Virus record (IMG/VR): IMGVR_UViG_3300036715_004471 | Coordinates: 186,001 to 250,000 of that record | Length of the DNA stretch: 64,000 bases | Direction: 5' to 3' (one strand) | In this document: in pieces, positions 50,156 to 58,750 of the stretch | How the letters are laid out: each line of letters starts with the position of its first letter | How positions within the stretch are numbered: the first letter of the stretch is position 1 | Position numbers and translations under genes: made by a program | Notes under the pieces: generated by a model | What the model saw: only the letters and a program-made list of their open reading frames with translations | Database searches by the model: none | What the model was told of the DNA's origin: nothing

Positions 50156-51409
50156 TTATAATCCGTCTGATAAATCTTTTTCTAGATCAGCAACTTCATC
50201 ATCAATGCTTTTTGGTTTACCTGGTGCTTTACCTTTTCCATTTGTTGGAGCAGATGGTGCTTCAGTAGCTTTTTCTCCAGTTAATTCCGCAGTATCAGCA
50301 GCCGCGTCCTGTATTTTTTGTTGAGCAGATTTCTCAATAGATTCTGCGTTTTTTAATAGAGATACCATTTCAGCAACAGATTTTTTGTAAGGAGCGATAG
50401 CTCTAACTACATCATCAAAATCATCTGCTACTAGTCCTTTTCCACCATGAAAAATTTGAGTTTTATCAACCAAAGATGACATAAAACCCTTATCTTCTAT
50501 TTGTCTAGCTTTATAGCTTTCAGAAGAAAAATTCTTTTCTACAGCCACAATGTATGGCAACATGTTGCTAGCTGCTGATTTTAATGTTCCATAAGCTTTA
50601 ACTACTGAATTAGTTGCCGGAGCTTTAGACAATGCTATTAAATCCTTAGCAGTTCTTGGTCTTTCCAGATCAGTAATAAGTGGCTCTACTTTATCGTATA
50701 AATCATGAAAACTAACTAACTTACTTTTAAAATCTTGTACCATATCTTTGAATTCTGATTTGTAGTCATACCCAACTCCCCATGAAGCACTGGCAGTTAA
50801 CAAATCATCAATTTCTGCAATCAACTTATTATGATTTTTATCAAAACCTTCATTGATAAAAGACATGTGTTGTTGTACGTATAATGATCCTAAAAGAATT
50901 GGAATGGCAATTAATACGGCAGTTTGAACGAAAGCTTTCTTTTGTAATTGTGGTTGCGCAACTTGCATCAAACAAGTATCGGCTAAAGCTCTAAGCTTAT
51001 CTTCACTTCTATTATCTAGATCGTTACCCAATCTAACTAATGATAATATCAAATCTTTTTCAGCATATTTATGTTGTGTTAAATGACCATCTGGAATTTT
51101 ATTTACAATGTTAATAATAATGTTTTGTCTTTCTATATTATTCTCTACCAAACCATTTAGTTTATCATGAGATGGTGCGGCAATATAAGATGTAGGATGA
51201 GCATCTTCCATAATGTTCTTTTTATACTCATTTCCTTTTGCCATTTCAACTTTAATACCATAAAGCTTAGCAATATCCTCTTCACTCAAAGAATCTGCCC
51301 TATGAGTTCTTTCAAGTATTTTCTTTGCTTTTTCAGGAGCATCTTCAGAAATCAATCCCTTTTCTTGGGCTATTTTGAAAAAGTTTTCTAAAACGTTATT
51401 GTTGCTCAT
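50156..51409 (-). CDS. Putative internal head/ejection protein (417 aa)
   Basis: Lies between protease and MCP; hydrophobic helix after LQKKA; N-terminus paralogous to 55269..56381. Confidence 0.5.
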   Translation of the reverse strand: MSNNNVLENFFKIAQEKGLISEDAPEKAKKILERTHRADSLSEEDIAKLYGIKVEMAKGNEYKKNIMEDAHPTSYIAAPSHDKLNGLVENNIERQNIIINIVNKIPDGHLTQHKYAEKDLILSLVRLGNDLDNRSEDKLRALADTCLMQVAQPQLQKKAFVQTAVLIAIPILLGSLYVQQHMSFINEGFDKNHNKLIAEIDDLLTASASWGVGYDYKSEFKDMVQDFKSKLVSFHDLYDKVEPLITDLERPRTAKDLIALSKAPATNSVVKAYGTLKSAASNMLPYIVAVEKNFSSESYKARQIEDKGFMSSLVDKTQIFHGGKGLVADDFDDVVRAIAPYKKSVAEMVSLLKNAESIEKSAQQKIQDAAADTAELTGEKATEAPSAPTNGKGKAPGKPKSIDDEVADLEKDLSDGL

Positions 51410-51449
51410 TCAATTCTCTCTATGGCTGAAATTATACGATAATACCAAC

Positions 51450-52526
51450 TTATGTAGTCCTATCAGCTACATCATCAATGAAGTAGTCGACAATTTGCTT
51501 TTTAGATCCAAAATATCTTGGCAGCCAAATCATGGGTGATTCGGGACTGGAATGATTATATTGAACAATTCTATCTTTGACAACTTGAAATGCTGGAGAA
51601 CTTTTAATAAGACTCTCTTTCCCGTCTAAACCATCATATACTGTTTTAGCAAAATTGACTAACATATATTCTATAGAGCCAGAATTATTAGTTACTCTTT
51701 CCATCCAAAGAGAATCTCCAACATTGTATTTCTCTGGAGCATAACCAGATTTAACTGGAAACTTCTTTTGTTTAGATACATTGACTGGAATAGCACTTTG
51801 AGATGATTGATCAATCGGCTCTCCCTTCTGCATTGTTCCGTCAAGTGCGTTAGGTCTATTTAAGAATTTGTTAACTACATCGCCGGCTACCACGAGCCCG
51901 GCAGACGCCAAAGCAACCTTAAAAATCCAACTTAAAACCCTGGTTAAAATAAATGCTGTTCTGGATTTTCTAGCACTAAACATTTCAAAAAATCCAGCCT
52001 CTTTTTTAAAGGCTCCACTTTGATAACTAATCATTGCAATCTTAACGAATTTAGCATCTCTTATCATTTTAGATGCAGATTTAGTTTTAGATGCTTGATC
52101 AGCCTCATCTTGAGTGGCAGGCGTGTAATTTTCTTGAACAGCTTCTTGCACAAAAGAATCTACTTGAGAAGAAGAAACTGGTTTATCACCAACAGTTACA
52201 GATTTAATCTTACTCCAAATAGAATTAATTATATTTTTAACATTGATATTGAAAACTCTCATTGATAATCCAATAAGCGCTCCTAACCAACCTAATCCCA
52301 TACTAGAAAAAGCAACAGAAATAACACCAGGTCCTAAAATATTGATTAAACTGCCTACTTTATCTTCTGGATTAACGTGACCGCTTACATAGTTCTTAAC
52401 TTTTTCTGTAAGTGTCGCCACCATACCACCAACTTGAGCTTGCTTAAATAGCTGCTCATCTTTTAAGATGGTTTCTACAATAATGCTATCAACGTAGAAA
52501 TTTATTTCGCTACTATTACTTCTCAT
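51450..52526 (-). CDS. Putative internal head/ejection protein with hydrophobic helices (358 aa)
   Basis: GVISVAFSSMGLGWLGALIGL and LSWIFKVALASAGLVVAG segments; ATGA overlap. Confidence 0.5.
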   Translation of the reverse strand: MRSNSSEINFYVDSIIVETILKDEQLFKQAQVGGMVATLTEKVKNYVSGHVNPEDKVGSLINILGPGVISVAFSSMGLGWLGALIGLSMRVFNINVKNIINSIWSKIKSVTVGDKPVSSSQVDSFVQEAVQENYTPATQDEADQASKTKSASKMIRDAKFVKIAMISYQSGAFKKEAGFFEMFSARKSRTAFILTRVLSWIFKVALASAGLVVAGDVVNKFLNRPNALDGTMQKGEPIDQSSQSAIPVNVSKQKKFPVKSGYAPEKYNVGDSLWMERVTNNSGSIEYMLVNFAKTVYDGLDGKESLIKSSPAFQVVKDRIVQYNHSSPESPMIWLPRYFGSKKQIVDYFIDDVADRTT

Positions 52527-54085
52527 TGTTTACCTAGGGCTGCTTGAAAATTAGCCATTAATGATTGAACATCTCTTAAGTTTTGAGAATAAATAGAATT
52601 TGGACCCAAATATTGAGCCTCAACTAATGATTTCTGTTCACCATTTAATGTAACTCTATCTTGAGAGTATTGAGTTCTTGCAAATTCATTATAGAAGGCT
52701 CCCAAAACTTTTCCAACCTCTACTATTACTTGTTGTAATGCATATATAAATTGCAAGCCATTATTACCAGCAGGTGGTCTAAGCCAGGCGGCAGCCTCTT
52801 GTACGTTTCTAGTTATTCTGAAATTTTGTTGACTTCCTGTTAAAGTCAAAGAAGATGCTGTAGTCATAGCTTGCAAAGCTGTACCCATAGCACCAATAGC
52901 AGATTGAGCATTATCATGAGAAGTTATACGTACATATAAGGTAAAGAAATTCTTAATTCTGTTGAAATCTATATCTTGAGGATCAAGTGGCAAAGTTTGA
53001 ACCATTTGCTCCATGATTTGACCAGTTACTGATCTATCAGGCGCTCCGCCTCCACCTTGAGGGCTCATAAAGTAATGTTTATTGCTGACGTTTGAGTCTA
53101 CAGATGAACCAATAGAACAAGCCTTGCCCCAAGGATCAGTAAATGCTGGTCCTAATTGAGAAATTTTGTTCAAATAGAAACTGTATTTTTTAGTGTCATC
53201 GGGAGAAGCTGCTGTCCTAGCAAGATTATAAGCCCTCTTATATAAAACATTGACAATGTTACAGTGGTTTGCTTCTGGATCCGTAAACTTATTGTGAGTT
53301 TGTCCAGAAACTATTGTGGCTTCAGGCGCCTGTCTCATCCAAGAATTCAATGATTCCTTACTTGATAAATCCTTAGCTGTCAAAACCAATGGACCTTTGT
53401 CAGTATAAGGATTATTGACATCGAAAACCTTAGTTCCAAAACTATCAACAACTGTATCAAATGGCATTTCATTTGGTTTATCTGGTCTAGATTTTGGTGC
53501 TCTAGATAAGCCGGAATCAGGCTTGATAGCATTAACTGAATCTATTAACTTACCAATCATTACTTCTAAAACTCTGCCTTGAACATCACCATTTCTTTTT
53601 AGTTCTTGAGCTTTGTCTTGTAAATGAGAAACGTATTTTATCAAAATTGGCAAATGAGTATAAAAATCAGCCGTAGTCCATTTCCTAGATGTTTCATCTC
53701 TTGAAACGTTCACGGAAACAGGTGCTAATTTATTTCTTTCCTCTTCATTTAAAGTATTTGATTCCGCTTCTGGGTAAACAACACGAATACCATCAATTTT
53801 GATTTTATTGGTAGCCATGAATTGTAATAACCTACCTAATGACTGAAGTTGGTTGACTCCTAAATCAATAGATCCTGCTGTGTCAGCAGAAATATTAATT
53901 GGCTCGACAGCCCCTGCAAATTCTCTAGATAATTTGCTAACTAGTTTTTTAGCAACATCATTTGGTGATAATGGTTGTTCACCGCGTGGGGATGCCGTTG
54001 GCGCCTCTTGAGCATTCTTCTTCAAAATCTTATTAAGAAGACCTTGATAAATAGCTTCATCATATATTTCGTGTAGAAAAGACAT
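52523..54085 (-). CDS. Putative internal head protein (520 aa)
   Basis: Short N-terminal helix ending LKKNA, then a Pro-rich linker. Confidence 0.5.
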   Translation of the reverse strand: MSFLHEIYDEAIYQGLLNKILKKNAQEAPTASPRGEQPLSPNDVAKKLVSKLSREFAGAVEPINISADTAGSIDLGVNQLQSLGRLLQFMATNKIKIDGIRVVYPEAESNTLNEEERNKLAPVSVNVSRDETSRKWTTADFYTHLPILIKYVSHLQDKAQELKRNGDVQGRVLEVMIGKLIDSVNAIKPDSGLSRAPKSRPDKPNEMPFDTVVDSFGTKVFDVNNPYTDKGPLVLTAKDLSSKESLNSWMRQAPEATIVSGQTHNKFTDPEANHCNIVNVLYKRAYNLARTAASPDDTKKYSFYLNKISQLGPAFTDPWGKACSIGSSVDSNVSNKHYFMSPQGGGGAPDRSVTGQIMEQMVQTLPLDPQDIDFNRIKNFFTLYVRITSHDNAQSAIGAMGTALQAMTTASSLTLTGSQQNFRITRNVQEAAAWLRPPAGNNGLQFIYALQQVIVEVGKVLGAFYNEFARTQYSQDRVTLNGEQKSLVEAQYLGPNSIYSQNLRDVQSLMANFQAALGKQ

Positions 54086-54092
54086 AACACCC

Positions 54093-55262
54093 TTAAATTG
54101 TTGCTATTTTAGGCTTGATGATCTTATTAAAGATATCTACAGCAGCTGACTCTGCATTACCAGCATAGTTAACCATCCACTTAATATATTCATCTTTGCT
54201 ACTTAAAGCTTTGAGTGGAATATAGTTTAATTTCTTATTTGGTAAACCAGGTGCAGGATACGTTACATCAATTGGTATCTTAACAGCATCTGATTTACTC
54301 ATTTGTATTTCTTGAGGAGTTAAAGTATCTTTATTACTGCCCTGCGCAGAGTATCTATCAAACGATCTTTTACCCTCTATAGTTGGTCTGAATTCTGGTC
54401 TAGCTAAAACTTGTTGTCTAAAATGACCATATAACTTAGTAATAGCTTTCAAATGCTTTGAAATAGCAGATGCCCTTACAGCTTTTTGTACAGTAGGTAG
54501 TTTAACTAATCCATTTTCTAGTTTATAACCCGTCAAAGCTTGATTAAACTTTTGCCAATTATCGAAAGTATATATGTTATTTTCTAATCCAAAGTCACCT
54601 TCTAATTGTAACAAAGCATAAGCAAAACCCATAATGTTTCTCAAAGCATTATCAGTTCTAAAATCCCATTTACCATCTACTACAAACTCTTTAGTACTTG
54701 CACCAATTCTACGAAGTGTGTCCATAACAACATCTAATTCGTAAATATCAGTTTGTGTTTTTTGTTTACCAGGAAGTGTTGTGACTTGTTTATTAGTTGT
54801 CCACTCAACACCTTTCTTATCTTCATCTAATCCGCCCAAATATTGTTCAGCAATGAAATCATTGAAGCTCTTTTTGGCGGTCTTCTGCTCTCCTGTAGCT
54901 CCTGGTTGTTGAGCATCTCTTGGTTTAGCTGCCATTGTTCCAGATTCTGCATCTGTAATAACAGCTTGAGCAAGAGTTTGCATAGCCGTTTGCATTTCTT
55001 TAACAGCAGCAATGGCGTTAGCAATTTGTTGTGGAGAATTACCAGGCTGTACTTTACCTTTATTCAAAGCAGGTACTCTTCTTCTTATTTCGGGTCCAAG
55101 CTTTCTAGCTAAAGGTACCCCAGAAGACGGGGTAGCAGGAGTAGGGGCGGCAGGCGCGCTAGGATCAGCAGGTTTGGTTTTTTTAGGACTTTTTCTTACT
55201 GGAACAGGAACATCACCTGGCTCATCGGCATATTTTTTAATCAAATCTAATTTCTCAGACAT
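54093..55262 (-). CDS. Putative internal head protein (389 aa)
   Basis: IKKYA then a Pro-rich linker; VDGKWDFRTDNAL resembles a peptidoglycan-binding motif. Confidence 0.5.
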   Translation of the reverse strand: MSEKLDLIKKYADEPGDVPVPVRKSPKKTKPADPSAPAAPTPATPSSGVPLARKLGPEIRRRVPALNKGKVQPGNSPQQIANAIAAVKEMQTAMQTLAQAVITDAESGTMAAKPRDAQQPGATGEQKTAKKSFNDFIAEQYLGGLDEDKKGVEWTTNKQVTTLPGKQKTQTDIYELDVVMDTLRRIGASTKEFVVDGKWDFRTDNALRNIMGFAYALLQLEGDFGLENNIYTFDNWQKFNQALTGYKLENGLVKLPTVQKAVRASAISKHLKAITKLYGHFRQQVLARPEFRPTIEGKRSFDRYSAQGSNKDTLTPQEIQMSKSDAVKIPIDVTYPAPGLPNKKLNYIPLKALSSKDEYIKWMVNYAGNAESAAVDIFNKIIKPKIATI

Positions 55263-55268
55263 ATTTCC

Positions 55269-56381
55269 TCAATCTATCCAGTTAGATTTGAATTCGCTGA
55301 AAGAAGGGGTAGTAATCTTCTTTAGATTTCCCAACAATATAGATGCATTTTGTTCTTTTTCTTCGTCTTCCATGCCCTCTAATTGTGCTTTAACACCTTG
55401 TACTTGATTCATTTTAGCAGAAATCCATTGATTAGCTTGTTTTTTTTCAGCATCTTCTAAATCCGGATCTGTAGCTATTTTAGCTTGAAATCCTTTCAAT
55501 ACAGAAAAAGCATTTCCTAACCACTTGTTAAGAATGTTTAATTGCGAAGCTACTTTAGGGGCGGCGGCAGCCGGTTCGGATAAAGCTTTCTGTATTGTAC
55601 CTAAAGCAGTATTGGCTTTAGCAAATAATGATGTCATTCCTGCCCAAGTTTCATTAGGCACCCCGCCAATAATTGTTCCTGGCTTAAAAGCACTATAGAA
55701 ACTATCTAATCCTAATTTGATCATTGGCAGAATTCGTTCTAATGAGGAAGGATTGCCAGCGTTACTAATGGCTTGATTAATATAATTAATTAAAGTGTCT
55801 TTACCAGAAGCGATTGGTCTAGTTAGGAAGCTTTGATCTTCGTGTAATACAAAAATAGTTTGAACAGAATTCAACACAATATTCAAATTTTGAACTATTG
55901 TTGGATTGGCGGCTTGTGCTAAAACAATTTTAACAGATCTTAAAATATCTTTATTTGAAGCTAATTTACCAGTAGGTTTCTTTTCAGTAAGTTTAATGCC
56001 AGCAAGGTGTTGATCAATAATCGTTTCGATAACGTTATCTCCATCCATATCAGTTAATTTATGAGAACCTTTTGGATGAGCCGCATCAACTAAATCTTCG
56101 TCCTTCTCTTTGGAAGTTTCATAAAGAGTTTGTGCACTCTTATAAGACATGAATTTAGACTCAACATCATCAGCATATTTATCTAAACCTGATGCTCTTA
56201 AACCTGAACATAGCTTCATAATATTTTCTGTTAGGTTAACAGAAATAGATAAATCAGTCTCATTAAGAGAGGCAATTTTAGACAAAGATTTTACTGGAGG
56301 AAGCCAGCCCTTATCTCTTGCTACTCTTTCTAAAGAGCGCATGGTAACAGAATCTTCGAATTTTACATGCTTAAAAGTCAT
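55269..56381 (-). CDS. Putative internal head protein (370 aa)
   Basis: GAGG RBS; N-terminus paralogous to the 417-aa protein. Confidence 0.5.
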   Translation of the reverse strand: MTFKHVKFEDSVTMRSLERVARDKGWLPPVKSLSKIASLNETDLSISVNLTENIMKLCSGLRASGLDKYADDVESKFMSYKSAQTLYETSKEKDEDLVDAAHPKGSHKLTDMDGDNVIETIIDQHLAGIKLTEKKPTGKLASNKDILRSVKIVLAQAANPTIVQNLNIVLNSVQTIFVLHEDQSFLTRPIASGKDTLINYINQAISNAGNPSSLERILPMIKLGLDSFYSAFKPGTIIGGVPNETWAGMTSLFAKANTALGTIQKALSEPAAAAPKVASQLNILNKWLGNAFSVLKGFQAKIATDPDLEDAEKKQANQWISAKMNQVQGVKAQLEGMEDEEKEQNASILLGNLKKITTPSFSEFKSNWID

Positions 56382-56455
56382 TGGTGAGCCTCAAAAAGTG
56401 CTATGATTTTATATATAGAATGGTTCTACTATATGAAAAGATATGCAGTTACGAC

Positions 56456-56623
56456 TCAATAGAATATAAGATAGGTTATGATTTTGTCAGCTGTCACATC
56501 AAATGGTAACAGTGAGTTTATCAAAGGATCACCATCTATATAGGTTTTATTTTCTCTAATTGAAATATTGATATGATGTGAGCCTACACGAAATTTTACA
56601 GTCTATATATCACGTGATCTCAA
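56456..56623 (-). pseudogene. Small ORF interrupted by one TAG (pseudogene, readthrough or sequence error)
   Basis: TAAGGA RBS, TTG at 56623, TAG at 56605-56603, then 48 open codons to TGA. Confidence 0.3.
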
Positions 56624-56631
56624 ATTGTTCC

Positions 56632-57318
56632 TTAATACCAAAGAACTTCAATCATTGGGTTCATAGTTGTAGGGGGAGCTGTGACCATACCTACAGCGGG
56701 ATGAATAATACTAGGTCTACGAGTAGTTAAAAATCCAACTTCACTAACATACAAATTAGCTTTAACAGGATATTGCTGATTGGTTTCATATTGATCAGTT
56801 TGAAAAAACATTCTATTAAACCAAACAGTTACTCTACCAGATCCCTGAGTGCTATCATCTCCGGGAATATTGGCAACTTGATAAGTATAATTCACAATTG
56901 TTTTAATACCATTTGGTTGCCCTGTACCCATGATATCTATATTTAAAGGCGTACCAGCCAAAAAAGTAATAACTCCGTTAACTGGATTCAAAGTAACTTT
57001 AACTGTAGATGAAAAACTGGTTGAAACAATATTTGGTCTTCTTAATTCGGCTTTAATATCAATTGGTGTAACTAATATACCACCAGATGCCACTCCAACC
57101 GCAGGCACAATTACTTCTTCATTCCACGAAACATTGGTAAAAGCCCTGGTTTTAATATCATCAATAATGCCAAGAGGCGCCGTGCCATTACTGACAGTTG
57201 CCATTACTTGGTTTCCTAATACTGTTAATTCTGCTATTTGTCCCGGCTGAAATTCAGCTGAAGGATCGCAAATAAAACTGGCAGGAAGAGTATTTCCAAC
57301 TTGAACTAATCTAAGCAT
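56632..57318 (-). CDS. Second cement/decoration-like protein (paralog of 49336..50007)
   Basis: Shared motifs MLRLVQVG/MALKLLQPG, PLGIIDD/PLMLCDD, GSGRVTVW/GSGKVTLW. Confidence 0.55.
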   Translation of the reverse strand: MLRLVQVGNTLPASFICDPSAEFQPGQIAELTVLGNQVMATVSNGTAPLGIIDDIKTRAFTNVSWNEEVIVPAVGVASGGILVTPIDIKAELRRPNIVSTSFSSTVKVTLNPVNGVITFLAGTPLNIDIMGTGQPNGIKTIVNYTYQVANIPGDDSTQGSGRVTVWFNRMFFQTDQYETNQQYPVKANLYVSEVGFLTTRRPSIIHPAVGMVTAPPTTMNPMIEVLWY

Positions 57319-57375
57319 GAGTATCCTTTGTGTACACCACTCTATACAACTCTCATACTTAATATAACAGTTGAA

Positions 57376-57780
57376 TTAATCTCTTTCCTCTTCAAAATCG
57401 TGTAATTCTATACCCATATCTCCATCAGATACTTCTAATGTATCCTCTACATCAACATCAAGTAAATTATTTGCTTCACCATCATCTGATAAATTCATTG
57501 GATGACCATGGTCCTTCAAATTATTAACCATTTTTTCAGGAGTTAATCCATTGGTATGACGATCACTTGGGACTTGGGTTTTGTTAGCAATCTTTTCCAA
57601 AATGTTAACAATTTTCTCGGCATTTCTACTCATACCAAGATTTTCAAAAATCTCGGCAGCTGAATTTAAATAATCCACAGCCTGCTCAAGATTATCACAA
57701 TCTTGTTGAGTAGCTTGCTTCACCAATTGGCGATGCATACCAGAGATCAATTCTTCTTCAAAAACACTTTTTTTGATCAT
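57376..57780 (-). CDS. Small head-associated protein, helical-module family (134 aa)
   Basis: Paralog of 57791..58021; acidic tail. Confidence 0.6.
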   Translation of the reverse strand: MIKKSVFEEELISGMHRQLVKQATQQDCDNLEQAVDYLNSAAEIFENLGMSRNAEKIVNILEKIANKTQVPSDRHTNGLTPEKMVNNLKDHGHPMNLSDDGEANNLLDVDVEDTLEVSDGDMGIELHDFEEERD

Positions 57781-57790
57781 GGTTTCTGCC

Positions 57791-58021
57791 TTATTTAACT
57801 GAAGTCTTACCTAATTGTTTTGATAAACCTTGCAAGACTTCCGTTACCTCAGCTGCCTCACTATACATACCTGCTTTGTCAAATAATGACGCAGCAGCGT
57901 TTAAGTAATCGGCAGCTTTGGAGATCTTATCAAAGCTGAATTTGTTTTCCAATTGGTTAGAAACCAATTTAGTTTCCATCGAACGATAAATTTCGTCTTC
58001 AAAGCTGCCGGTCTTAAACAT
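57791..58021 (-). CDS. Small head-associated protein, helical-module family (76 aa)
   Basis: FEDEIYRSMETKLV and AADYLNAAASLFDKAGM match the neighbour's FEEELISGMHRQLV and AVDYLNSAAEIFENLGM. Confidence 0.6.
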   Translation of the reverse strand: MFKTGSFEDEIYRSMETKLVSNQLENKFSFDKISKAADYLNAAASLFDKAGMYSEAAEVTEVLQGLSKQLGKTSVK

Positions 58022-58023
58022 GA

Positions 58024-58725
58024 TTATTTCTTCTTAGCAAAAGGGAATGGTTTCTTGGAACCTGAACCCGAAGATTTTGAACTGCTGCTGGAACTAGAAG
58101 AAGATGGCTTCTTTTTTGCTCTAGCATCATTAGAATCTGATTTCTTTCCAGAAGAACTGCTCTTCTTTTTATCATCTTCCTTCTTTTTCTTGGCTCTGGC
58201 ATCATTAGAATCTTTGCTGCTCTTCTTAGGATCGCTCTTCTTCTTAGAATCACTTTTCTTCTTTTCATCCTTCTTCTTGGCTTCAACAACCAAGGAAGCT
58301 AGTTTCAAGCTTAATGAGGATCCCTTTTCAAGACCTGCACGGTCAAGAGCTGCGGAAGCAGTCAAAAGACTGTCAATTGCAACATCTAAAGCAGAGGATT
58401 CTAGATCTTCTGAATCATCGGCACAAGACTTATCTTCTTCTTCCATGTCGGAAGCATTGTGCTCGTCAACAGCACCATCAAAGGCGCTGCTAGAATCTTC
58501 AGAATCGTCCTTCTTCTTTTTTCTAGCATCATTATCATCATATGCGCTATGTGAATCGCTAGAACAGCCATCCTTTACGCCGTGAGTTGGACATATAGTG
58601 TCATTCGCAAAACTTTCGTCAGATGCAAATTTGTATGTACCACCGAACAATGATTGGTGAGCTTGGCTCTTTAATACTGCATCCATTGTTGCAGCAACAA
58701 AATCTGATACGCTTTTATTTCTCAT
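58024..58725 (-). CDS. Low-complexity Lys/Ser/Asp-rich head protein; start revised to ATG 58725
   Basis: AGAGGA RBS; acidic middle, very basic C-terminus with NDAR(A/K)KKK repeats. Confidence 0.65.
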   Translation of the reverse strand: MRNKSVSDFVAATMDAVLKSQAHQSLFGGTYKFASDESFANDTICPTHGVKDGCSSDSHSAYDDNDARKKKKDDSEDSSSAFDGAVDEHNASDMEEEDKSCADDSEDLESSALDVAIDSLLTASAALDRAGLEKGSSLSLKLASLVVEAKKKDEKKKSDSKKKSDPKKSSKDSNDARAKKKKEDDKKKSSSSGKKSDSNDARAKKKPSSSSSSSSSKSSGSGSKKPFPFAKKK

Positions 58726-58750
58726 TTGTTTCCTCTTGGTGTCTAAAACT

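Noticed and set aside
56341-56610. Short repeated words (ATGGTAACAG, GTGAGCCT, AATTTTACA) suggesting a duplication
   Set aside because: The words are not collinear between the copies, which is consistent with chance in AT-rich DNA.
57953-58585. 210-aa plus-strand ORF and 91-aa Arg-rich alternative-frame ORF (58014..58289)
   Set aside because: These are shadows of the low-complexity Lys-rich gene; composition is explained by the real frame and no RBS is evident.
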